Assembly: GCA_002269645.1 (NCBI GenBank)
Contig: NIVC01001698.1
Location: forward strand, 1 to 64,000
DNA length: 64,000 nucleotides
Direction of reading: 5' to 3'
From: Macrostomum lignano
Taxonomy: Eukaryota
Part shown: piece after piece, positions 16,871-28,170 of the stretch
How the letters are laid out: each line of letters begins with the position of its first letter
Numbering within the stretch: the first letter of the stretch is position 1
Made by a program: the position numbers and the translations under genes
Notes under the pieces: generated by a model
The model's database searches: none
What the model was told of the DNA's origin: nothing
What the model saw: only the letters and a program-made list of their open reading frames with translations

Positions 16871-18565
16871 AAATGACAACGCCCCATATATCTGGAAATC
16901 TTTGGCTCTACTCACATCATATATTTCTATGGTCCCATTGTTTGTAATCATCTGTTTTGAAAATATCAAGATTAGACTATAGCAAGTCCCTGTGTGTCAA
17001 TGCAATTGCATTGCATGATTGTTATTCTGTTTTTCTAATAATTACTTTTCATAATTCAGGTCCTTTCTCAAGAACATAGCCAAGGAAAATAACAATTTGA
17101 AGTTTGTTAACAAATATTATTATAGTATTTAATTGGTAAGACTAAAAAACTGTTTTCCATTCCTTTGAAAAACCCATTTGCTATTACTCATGTTCTTCGT
17201 TTATTTGAAAACCCATTGTATTATACATTTTTTTCAATTCAAACATTTATATCCTGCACTGGGGGCAAATCTCAGTGGGCAAATCTTTTGTGGCTAAATC
17301 TTAGCAGGCAATTCTCATTCTCATGGGCCTGTTGCAAAAATATCTGCAAGTTTTCTATGGCTTAAAGTGGGTGCATTGATTAAATGACAAGTGGGAAGAT
17401 TACAAAAAGCATTTTTACTAACTATAATTGTTCTAAAGCATAGAAGCATTCTAAAGTATATTTTATAGCAATTTTCAAGTTCCATTAGTTAACTTTTTGA
17501 CTCCTAGAAATTAATCTATGAGCTATTTTAAGTAAAAAATTACATAAGGGACTTCAAACCTGAGTAACACTATTTCTATGCTTCAAAACTTGTTATAATG
17601 CTATCTAATACTAGAAAGCTACTAAGTCAATGGCCAAAACATTTATTTTAATGAGTAAGTAAATATAATATAGTAGCAAGTCTTATTGTAAATAAATCAT
17701 AAACTTCATATATTATAATAGTAGGAAATCCAGTATATAGAAGATGTTCCTAAATTTTTTCTTTTAGCAAATTTATCAAGCAACAATACTTGTTGAAATT
17801 TAATATATTGCCATAAGTCTTTGCATAATTAATACATTGCCATAAAAAAGGCAATTTTGTTTTAATTATGTCAAGCCAGCAGATAGCATGGCAAAGTCAG
17901 AAGGCAACTTAGCAAAGCTAGCAGGTGGTGTTGCAAAGCCAGCAAGAGACTTGGCAAAGCCAGCAGGTAGCACAGCAAAGCCAGCAAGTTTTTCAAAAAG
18001 ATTGTTAACTTTTGTAGCAGCCATAGCAATAGGCTCTTCTTGGATTGCAAGAGAGACATGGGCAGTAACAGCAATAGGTATTTGAGTGATATATATAGAA
18101 ATAACTGACTAGAATTACATTTTATATATTGCTGCTTGTGGCATATATCACAGTCAACGGTAGCAACATCATTGGTAACTATTTTTGCACATAATACAGT
18201 GGTCTATTATTGTCATAATTAAAATTGAACATTGAGAATTATCTGAATGCAACTTTAATTTCTAATATTCTGCAGTGCATTAAGCTAATATCCATTTCTA
18301 TACCATTAGACAGAAAACTCAATCAATTGAATCAAAATTATAACATACATGCTAGATTACACACTCATTTGGTGATAAAAAACAACCATTAGCACAAGTT
18401 ATACGCTGCTACGTGTTTAGTTGTTTTAGAATTCATAAGCAACTATGTGAAAAATATAGAACTAGAAGTTTGATACAGATTGCTTTTTGCAAATTTGTTC
18501 AAATCTTTTATGGTTCAAAAGTTACAAGTGCTTAAAGTTAAAAAAACATGATGGAACCTTTATTT

Positions 18566-18757
18566 CAGGGGTTCAACCTTTTTTAGGCAACCCTAATTTA
18601 TTAACTTGCATAATTTTTTCATGTTTGTGACCCCTTTAATAATCAATATAATGCATCATTAAGTATGACGTACTCAAACATTTCTTAGTGTTGCAACCCC
18701 CCAAAAATGGTCACGCAACCTCACTGGGGGTTGCAACCCACAGGCTGAGAACCATTG
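18566..18757. mobile_element. hAT-type MITE (degenerate)
   Basis: Ends caggggttcaacc ... ggctgagaaccattg resemble Charlie/hAT TIRs; 8-bp flanks ctttattt / ccttattg match at 6/8. Confidence 0.5.
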
Positions 18758-19994
18758 CCTTATTGTAGAATGACCCTTATGATACTTATATTCAATTGAT
18801 TACTTGTCTCAATTTTTTATATGATACCCAATGGAGAATAGTAAGAATTGAAACAGATAGCCAATTACAAAAATCTTACTTGTAGCTTACTAAAACACAA
18901 TTCTTATATTTAGTTTTGTTTTACAATATCCTTAATGGTTAATAATTATTAATAATATATTATAAAATGTAAGTGAGGGGAATGCCAACTTGTGTTTTTA
19001 TATGATAATGCATAGTTCATTTACTATTAAATTTTGCATCAATTTCTTTGCTGCTTTCTACAATTGGAACTATATTCTGGGAACTACAATTGCAATACAC
19101 TAATAACTTCACCTATTTGTTCTGATGACTATCTGATGACTATCTTTTTGACAATGATTGGGACAACATCTAGATAGGAAACTAAAATAGTTTTGTTCAA
19201 CTTGTTGGACTTAACATTTCTGTCCTTACTTTTATAATATAATATCGTTAATGACTGGAATGAGTTAAGAAAAAGGCATATATACCACATATTTCTGGGG
19301 TTTGTTGTTTATTGTTTTTTTATACAAAAGTTATACAAATGCAATCATTAATTTTTACTTTTCAAAATTTCAAAATTGACAATTTGAAGCTGTGTAAGAT
19401 AATGTATTTGGTGTATATCAGCATATACCTAAAAAATTGATCATTTTTCTACATATAGAGTATTCCAAACTATGGAATGAATATCTCTAATTACAGGCAT
19501 TGTAAAATGAAAGTAAATATAAGAATCTTGTTCTACAAACTTGGTTTTTGATTGTCAAGATTTCTATTTCTTTAATTTTTTTACTTACTATTTTCAATTG
19601 GGTATTGTATAACAAATTTAATGCAAAATGCTAGTATTATAAAACAAAAGAATGCCTAAGTAATCACTAATTTTGAATCAAAAGTCCTGTTTAAATTCTT
19701 GTTTTTTAAGGTGAGTATTTGCAACTTTGGGCTTATGAAAAAAAGTGAAAGCAATATGAAAATGAAAACTTCACTACACAGCTATATGAAAATATAATAG
19801 AGTAACATGTTGTGCATGTTAAATTAAAATAATAGTAGTCTTCACTGCCCCAGATCAAATACAATCACAGATTTTGTGACGAAAAACTGATTTTTTCCTA
19901 TCTTTGCAGTGTATTTTTCCAGGAAATTCTGGCCTCCAAAAAAATTCATGATCTTTGAGTTTTACATCCTGTTAGTCTAGAAGTCCTTGGGTCA

Positions 19995-21530
19995 AATACC
20001 TTAATGTGACACTAACGCATGACCTGCAATGGACGAAGCACCTTGATAATGTCATTGGTCAGGCAAAATGCTGTTTTGCCCAGCTGCACAGAGCCATCAG
20101 GCTGACTTGGGGTCTTTCACCAAGAATGGTTGATTGGATTTATACCCAAATTATCCGGCCTAGCATCACATATGTGAGCCTCATCTGGACTAGCATACTA
20201 GAGCAGAAGAACACCTGTCAGCGCCTGTACTAGCTGCAGGGCACCATTTGTTGTGCCATCACAGGTGCGTACTCATCTAACCCTTATAAGGGGCTGAACA
20301 CTATCCTTAATTTTCCTCCACTTCACCTATTTATTAGGGCGGAGGCTATGAAGTCCTATCAGAAGGCTATCAGAGATAAAACATTAAATAACACACCCTC
20401 TGGCTTTATGCCAATGAAAACCCTGATCCTACATATGGATTTTGTCCGCCGCAACCTCAACAACATCCACATGGACCTGGACAATGTAGATAGTTGCCTC
20501 CCCACTCTCAATATCAGGAGGGGCTTTTAGACTGTCATTCCTGGCTGAGACAGCATTCTACTGGATGCTGGTGTGAACTGGCTTAACCAGGGCATTCATT
20601 GCTTCACCAATGGCTTGCTGTTCAGTGGCCACGCTGGAGTGGGTATTGTCATTTTCCACAAGGGTAAGATGCTTTTCTAGGAAAGTCTGCACCTTGGTGA
20701 GAACACCTTGGTTTTCCAAGCTGAAATTTGTGCCATTGAGCAGTACGCCCAGTACCTGCCTTAGGTGAATATTAATAACTTCAATATTAACTTTTACACT
20801 GATAGCCAAGCCACTATTAAGGCTTTAACCACTGAGAATATCTCTGCTACTACAGTATATCAATGCCACCGCAGTGTGCAACCCCTTTCAGTCTTTAACA
20901 AGATTAGAATTATCTAGATACCTGGTCATAGTAACATCCTAGGCAATGAACTCGCGGACTCTTGCCAAGGAGGGCAGCAACCTAGATGGCAACTACTATC
21001 TGATGAGGCTACCCACTCCCAGGTTGCAAGTCACCTGCCATATCAACAGGTGGCTCCATCAGCAACACCAGCTCTACTGGAACAGCTGCACCGAGTACAG
21101 GCAAACCCGCTTTGCCATGCCTAACCTAAACAGGAAAGTCTCTGATTATCTGATTTTGCTTTATAGAACCAACCTCAGGGAGATATGCATGGCCCTAACT
21201 GGCCATAGATTCTTCCAGAGACATATCCAGAGACATTCACTTTCTGCCCTTACTTCAACAAGGCGCGGCACAAATACCTCGGCCACCCCTAGCAGATGGA
21301 CAAGCTGACTACCCCAGACAATATCCGTGACCTTAGCACCTTCGTCCTGGACTCTGACTGGATAAGGGTTGCTGATGCCTCCACTGTGAACCTGCCAACT
21401 ACTGGCGGGGACTGGGCACACCCCCAAGGTTAATCCATGTGCTATTTTACCTTGGGGTTGCAATAGAGGCCTTGCGGCCTATTCGCGGTGCCTGCGCCCC
21501 CTGTCAATAATAAGTGAGTAAGTAAATAAG
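19995..21530 (+). mobile_element. 5'-truncated, decayed non-LTR retrotransposon (RT thumb + RNase H; Loa/R1/I-group-like)
   Basis: [40 protein letters not shown] and [20 protein letters not shown] fragments, interrupted by stops and frameshifts. Confidence 0.85.
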
Positions 21531-21721
21531 GTCATAATCTAGATTCTAATAGGAATCCAATTTTCCTTAGGATCTTACTTTAGGATCAGGATCTATTAGA
21601 TCATATTTGACCTTTACTTATATTCCTAAAAGTAAGAAAAATTACTTAATAAAGTTGTTAGTTTAGCTAAATTTAAGTGAAAAGTACTTTGTGAATAAAT
21701 TGAAATTGTATTAGTATATAC

Positions 21722-22051
21722 AGAGAGCTTGCATGCATAGCAGCTATCCACCTAGTGTTTAAATTGCATGCATGACAACTGCATCTTTAACTTATTATAC
21801 AGTATGTCATTAACTATTTAAATTATTGGAAATTAATATCTGAATTAACAAAAATTAGCTATAAATTGAAGTTACATTTTACATAGGATGAAACAAATAA
21901 TAAATTAATAAATAAGTTCTATGAGTAGCAAAGCAATGTGCAAATTTGAAGAAAAGGGTCCAATTTGGTATTTGCTATATTGCCTGTCTGCTGGCTACCA
22001 TGCATGCAATTAAAATACTAGGTGGATAGCTACCATGCACGCAAGCTCTCT
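21722..22051. mobile_element. MITE with ~55-bp imperfect TIRs in a TA-rich site
   Basis: agagagcttgcatgcatagcagctatccacctag ... ctaggtggatagctaccatgcacgcaagctctct. Confidence 0.65.
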
Positions 22052-22587
22052 ATACTATAGCTATAGTTAGGATCATAGCATGCCTGTGCCAGAATGAATC
22101 CTATAAAAAAGTTTGATTGTGCCATGTGCTAGAACAAATCCTATCAAAAAAGTTAGCTTGCGCTATGTGCCAAAACTATTCTGGCATTCTTTTGTTTTAT
22201 GATCCCTGAGCAGGTCAAGTTTTGTCTTATGATCCTCATCATACATGCATAACTTTGGGAATCACCCAGCCGTTTCTATTGGCAACACACACATATAAGT
22301 CACTATTGGCTGAGAGCAGTCACGTGACTACTATTTTGTCCAATAGCGACTTACATGTGTGTGTTGCCAATAGAAATGGCCGAGTGAATCCCAAGGTTGC
22401 ACCCAAGCATGATCCCCATTAAAAAAGAGTCAAAAAGACATTAGTTTATCAAAAAAACATTTCACATTTATTTTCCAAGAACAAAATCATTGCAACTCAC
22501 TTTTCAGTCAACCTAATCCATCACTGCAACTCACTTTTTAGTCAACTTGAGGATTGTGGGCGTAGCATTAGTTATGAAAGCACATAG

Positions 22588-23254
22588 CTTATTTTCACTT
22601 TCGTCATACGATCATTTAAATGGTGAAGTTATATGTAGATGATTGCAAGACAAAACCAAAAAAGCTTATAGGTTTTGAATTACGATCACCACATTGGTAG
22701 AATTGTATTAAAGGGATTGTATGACAAAAGTGAATGGATTACACATTACATCCCTGGCAAAGTTGCACTAGTTCACAGCAGCTTTGGATACGAACTACTA
22801 CATTGATCTCCATCAATGATCTACAGGGTTCAAGAATGAAATTGTATTCATTATAAGATTCACAAGTGCTGCCCCTCCTCACTTTTGTCATACAATCCCC
22901 CCCGAGTTCATTGGACCTATGTGTTATACCGAGGGGTGATTGTATGACAAAAGTGAGAGGGAGGCATGGGGCGGCGGCGGTGCCCAAAAAGGTGTGCAAA
23001 AAGAGCCGTGTAAAAAGAGCTGGGTGGCTTTTGGTTTGCGGACATATTAGAGGCTGCAATTGATTGTCTGGTTGAAACATCTATTATAGCAACAATTTCC
23101 TACCATTTCATCATATGATCCCTCTAATACAATTTTACTATTGGTGTGATTGTAAGTCGAAATCTACAAGCTCTTTTGGTTTCATCTTGCGATCATCTGC
23201 GTATAAATCCATCACTATCCATTTAAATGATTGCATAACAAAAGTGAATATAAG
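22588..23254. mobile_element. Foldback-like non-autonomous element with long imperfect inverted arms and iterated ATTGTATGACAAAAGTG motif; related arm at ~1575-1720
   Basis: 22588-22740 is the diverged reverse complement of 23105-23254. There is an internal inverted pair at 22873-22965, and the motif recurs at 1885 and 24116. Confidence 0.65.
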
Positions 23255-24739
23255 GACAGGCTTCTAACTTCTATAAGACAAGATTTTGTGTTAAAATGGA
23301 GCACTTAGAAGTAGTCCCATTTTGAAGTTTGATTTTAAGAGCAATTTTCCATCCTCTGTGGGGCCCTATTGGAATAAGTTGACAAAACGCGGATGACCAT
23401 CTGTCGCATTTTTGGATTCTCCTGGTGTCGTGTCGCGCGACAGTGGTGTCAAGTGGTGTGTCGCATCACCCGACACTGTGGAAACCTGGTGTCGTCATGC
23501 ATTGTGTCGCGCGACACGACACAACAAGACGCAAAAGTGTGGCAACTTGGCGGCTTGTGTCGTCATGTGACGCATTGCGGCCTGGATCTGCAGCCAAAAC
23601 CTTGTAAACTGTGTTTCATTGTATTATGTACATAGTTGTTTCTTGGTATTTAAATGTTTCAAACATGTTTGATAAAAACTAATTCTTGAATTGTTCTTTT
23701 TTATTTTGACGGTAAAATAACTAATACTTCAAATATAATTTTTAGAAAGGTTAATTTTTAGTTACAATGCATGCGCTTTTTTTCTAACTGTTGTACCTTT
23801 GTTGTTTTACTGTTTATTGTTTTTAAATTTCACTTCTTTTTCTGCGAAATTGAAAGGAATACTCTCGTCCCTCGCTCCATGGTCTTGGTGTCGGGAGTGA
23901 ATGGCAGAATGAGAATTGTCAATAGCAATGTGGCTGCTGTGGCGTCCTCCCCCCCCCCCCCCGGTCATTCGGTCAACAGACATCGGTGTTGCGTCGCGCG
24001 TTGCTGCCCTCCAGCCAACAAAATTTGGTGTCACGTTGCACTTTTGAGGGCACAATTTTGGCACCCATGTCGTGCATCCGCGGGTTCTTGAAACTTATTC
24101 CAATAGGGCTGTGGGGGGATCGTATAACAAAAGTCTCGACTCCTATAGAGACAGTGCTAGGTGATTGTAAAACAAAAGAATGCCATTATTCTTATCAAAA
24201 AACTCTGCTCATGTTATATACAACAAATTTTTGAAAAAATGCAAAAATCAGTACATTTTCCATTTGAAAAATACTGGTAAAACTTGTATTTGAATCTGTT
24301 TCATAGAAAATGCAATGTTAATGCAAATTAAATAAAAAGCCATCAATATACTGGCAAACAAAAAGTGTTAATAAAAAGAAATTACATGCTAATTTTCTAT
24401 CAAAGAAATTTTTGTCTTATCAAAAGTTTTTGTCTTGCATCAAATTGTGCCATTTTTTTGTCTTGCACTGTATTGCGCCAGATTTTTCCCTTGCCTGCTG
24501 TTGCATTGGAATGCACTGGCACAGTGCACATCCAACTCCTTCTTGCACCAGAATTTTCAAAAAGGCTATCTTCGTGACTATGGCTCTATAATAATATTAT
24601 TTCTTAATAATAAAAATATAGGCCTGTTAGTACTAATACTAGTTATTCAAACAAGTTTTTTATATTTGTAGCATTTTTAATAAAATATAATTAGGCCTAA
24701 TTAGAACTTAACCATTATACTATAGTAAATAAGTGATTG

Positions 24740-25523
24740 GGCTCATTCCATATAAGATGGACATATTTGGAAAATAGAAAAAAGTCAATATTTTTGCTTG
24801 CCATTGCCTAATTAGCCTATTTTTTACCAAATGTTTATATTGTGCAATATATACAATCTAAGAATAAAGGAATGGTAAAATGTTGGATTAGTATGTTATC
24901 AATTGGCAAAAAGTATTTTTGTAAAAATTTGGACATTTTTCGAAGCAAAAGACATCATTAAGATTTTGTACCTTTTAAAAACAAATAGAAAGCTTTTGAA
25001 GGTTGAAACAAACTATAGATAAAAGTATAGTACTTGCATCATCAGATAAAAGCATTGGTGACCAAATAATCTATTATATTTTTAATGTATTAGTACCTCA
25101 AAGTTACTGAATTGACAGAAAAAAATATGTTACGACCATAATGTTACGACCATAAGGCTGCCTTTTCTTTTGTATCTTTGTTGCCTTTTGAGTTTATATA
25201 TTCTAATAAAAGAGTATGATTTCTAAAGATGTTCTTAGTCAAATTTTAAAAATGTATTGCAAAATATCAAAAATGAAAAATGTTATAAAACTTTTACCTT
25301 TTAGTTTCTATATGTCAAAAATCCTGTCATTACGACCATAAGTGTCATTTAAGGTTTAATAGCATCTATACTAATGATGATATCTATATGAAACTCTATA
25401 AATATATTCTAGACAAAATAATCTTTCATTTAAAATATTGGTTTAGTATATTCTATTATTAGATTTCATTTTATAAGTAAAAATAACCTGTCATGTTACG
25501 ACCATGCTTATATGGAATGAGCC
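24740..25523. mobile_element. Non-autonomous DNA transposon, 17-bp perfect TIR, 4-bp TSD ATTG
   Basis: GGCTCATTCCATATAAG 24740-24756 and its complement 25507-25523; ATTG on both flanks; internal TTACGACCAT motif x4. Confidence 0.8.
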
Positions 25524-26446
25524 ATTGATTTATAATTTTCATATTTTAAAATTACAAAAATTCAGCATGTTCATAGACAAAAGCTGTCATAAGCATTTTA
25601 GAGTACCAAACCAAACATATTCTACAGCTTACCTGCAACTCTAAATTTCTAGATGTCCAAACAAATTTTTCAGCTGGTGCACCCACTGGGCTATGAATGA
25701 TTAAATGCAACTCCATTACTGAGTTAGGCATGTGAGAAAGTGCTTTCTTTGACCTTTGACTATGAAATATGGCAGTTATGAACAGTATAGGCTATCCTAC
25801 GTATGATCGGTACACCTACGCATAAGACAATGATATTGATGATGGTCGATGGATGCAAAACTCTAAGAGGCAACTCTAAGATGAAATCTAAAAAAAAACA
25901 ATAATGAAATGAAAAGCTACAGGTAGGTCTTGTCAAAAACTGTCAAGGAACCATTGTACCTCCGTCTACTAATCAAAAAACAAAAATTCACATTGTGCAT
26001 TCAATTGCAATATGATAAGCCTACTGCAAGGCCCGATGAAATGTAAAATATTTGGCTTAAAACTTAACTGTACCTTGCCCGATAGCGACCGGTTGTTAAA
26101 AAATTGTCCATTCCAACCAGTTTATAAAAAATCATGAAGGCTGTTGTTTTTTGTATATACTTTGATAAAAAGTAAAAAATTTCGATCATTAGTATCATTA
26201 AGGTAAAAGTAGAAATCTTATTAAAAAAAGGATTTCAAATTTTGTTTAATTTTTGACAAAATTTCGAGTTCGGATTTGGATTCGCGAGTACACAATTGTG
26301 ATGACCACTCAACTCATAAAGGCCAGAAGATCGGCTGACTCAAGGGCGCAATCAATTCTGGGAAGCTATTTTAAAACTCAAGATTCTAAACGCAAAACGC
26401 AATGTTAATTTCTGTATCTGTGACATGCATGCATCAAATATTTAAG

Positions 26447-26837
26447 CAAGGACTACTTAAGTATCGTTTATCGTTGAAAAGATCAGGGATGGCTTTTGAA
26501 AAGTACAGACTGACGGGCTTCGTTCTTTGTTAATCTCATCTCATTTTAATTGGATTACATTAGCTCAATTGTCGGAATTATCCTTTAAATATCCTAGCTT
26601 TATTGTTCTATAATAAAGAAGGGGGTAACAGTACCTTGCTGTAAATTTCTCGCGAATACATGTAGTTGCAGCCGAAACTGTTCACTCATCTAAAAGAGGA
26701 ATAAATTCTGAGCAACCCCGTGAAAAAACTAGACCTCTACATGCAACCATTTAAAAATAACAGCATTTTGAAAAATGGCCTTCAAAAAAATCTACACCAT
26801 TCGGGAGTGCAGCGTCCTTCTACTTAAGTAGTCCTTG
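26447..26837. mobile_element. MITE with 17-bp perfect TIR and 8-bp TSD (hAT or P superfamily)
   Basis: CAAGGACTACTTAAGTA 26447-26463, complement 26821-26837; TATTTAAG at 26439-26446 and 26838-26845. Confidence 0.88.
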
Positions 26838-28170
26838 TATTTAAGTTTTGCAAACAAAGCCAATTATAGTGGAAGTGTAATAGACGCAAGTTTTTAGGCC
26901 CGGTTAAAAGCAATATGAAGAAATTAAGTTTAAAATAATTCATTTTTCAACTTCTTATTCCAAGCTTTGCAAAATTCTTAATGCTATAGACTAAGCAGGC
27001 AATCTATATAAAAATGAGCACCTAAAAACTAAAAAATACGAATCACTCTATTGACCCCTTCAATATTGTTTAGTGCCCTGAACTTGCAGCACGAGACTAA
27101 ATTAAGCTAGAAAACGCCAAAGCCATTGGTTTAAGCAGTATTGAATAATAACAGGTACGAGATTTTAACATTAAGATGTATGATAATGCATACTTGAACG
27201 AGTACATCGTTTATATTTAACCAATCAGAGAGTGATACATATACTAAAATTTTTCTACAAGGATAAACGTTGTTCATAATAAACGAAAATAATTAAAATT
27301 TGATCGACAGGATAGACAGCTGTGCAGGACTCGCGACAATTAGCATGTTTTAATATTCAGCATTGACGAATATGAGAAGCTGAACACTGGGCAAAAGGCC
27401 ATATTGGGACTGAACTGGGCGGCCAGCCCTAAGTGCAAATTTCCTTAGAGGAAAAAAATTCGGGACACGTCGAATAAAAAAATAAAATAAAACGAGAATA
27501 AAACAATGTTAAAATGAAGAAAAACTCAATGCGAATTAAATTGAACCGTGAAAGACAGAGAAACGATAGTAAGACAGTTACACTTGATTCTCTGCATGCA
27601 TAAGTTGGGAGATTGCAGACCGCTAACTACACGTGTAGCTTATAGATTCTCTGTAAAGCCGTTGCATTGGTGCACATGAAGAGGAAAATTATATGTTAGA
27701 CAGCTCTCTGCTGCTGAAGCAACATACCTGTTTATGGTCAGTGCGGTGCGTGCTCAGATATAATTAACTGGGGCAAAATAACATGTGAATGATCGACACA
27801 GCAGCTGCGTTAAAATAAACCAAGATGCGCAAATTATTGCTAAAACCAACTGTTTGAAATCCCTCAAAACTAACAGGGCAAGCCATGGAAGATTTCAGTG
27901 AATCAAATCCAGCTGGGCCGCCACATACCGGCTGCAGTAGTAATAATCAATACTAATCTCGCATCAGCAGAAAATAAGCAATACAGGACGAGACAGTTAA
28001 AAGGCAAGGTAAAAACAGAGAATGATAAGCTAATGACGCAGCTGATTGATTTCTAAGAGGACAACGCTTGAAAAAACTGGTACTAGAGTACAACTGTTGC
28101 TTCGAAAAGAATAATTGTCTCAGAATGAGAAAAATCTCAAATGGTAAAAAAACTTCGAAGTCCGCGTTAA

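Noticed and set aside
17871-18085. AKPA-repeat ORF resembling a histone H1-like tail
   Set aside because: A short degenerate 21-bp repeat in AT-rich DNA with no gene structure.
26300-26430. Candidate DOT1L first exon on the minus strand (MSQIQKLTLRF...; ELIAPLSQPIFWPL)
   Set aside because: The two DOT1L-like peptides are in different frames, each ends in a stop, and there is no phase-0 GT donor; kept only as a weak possibility.
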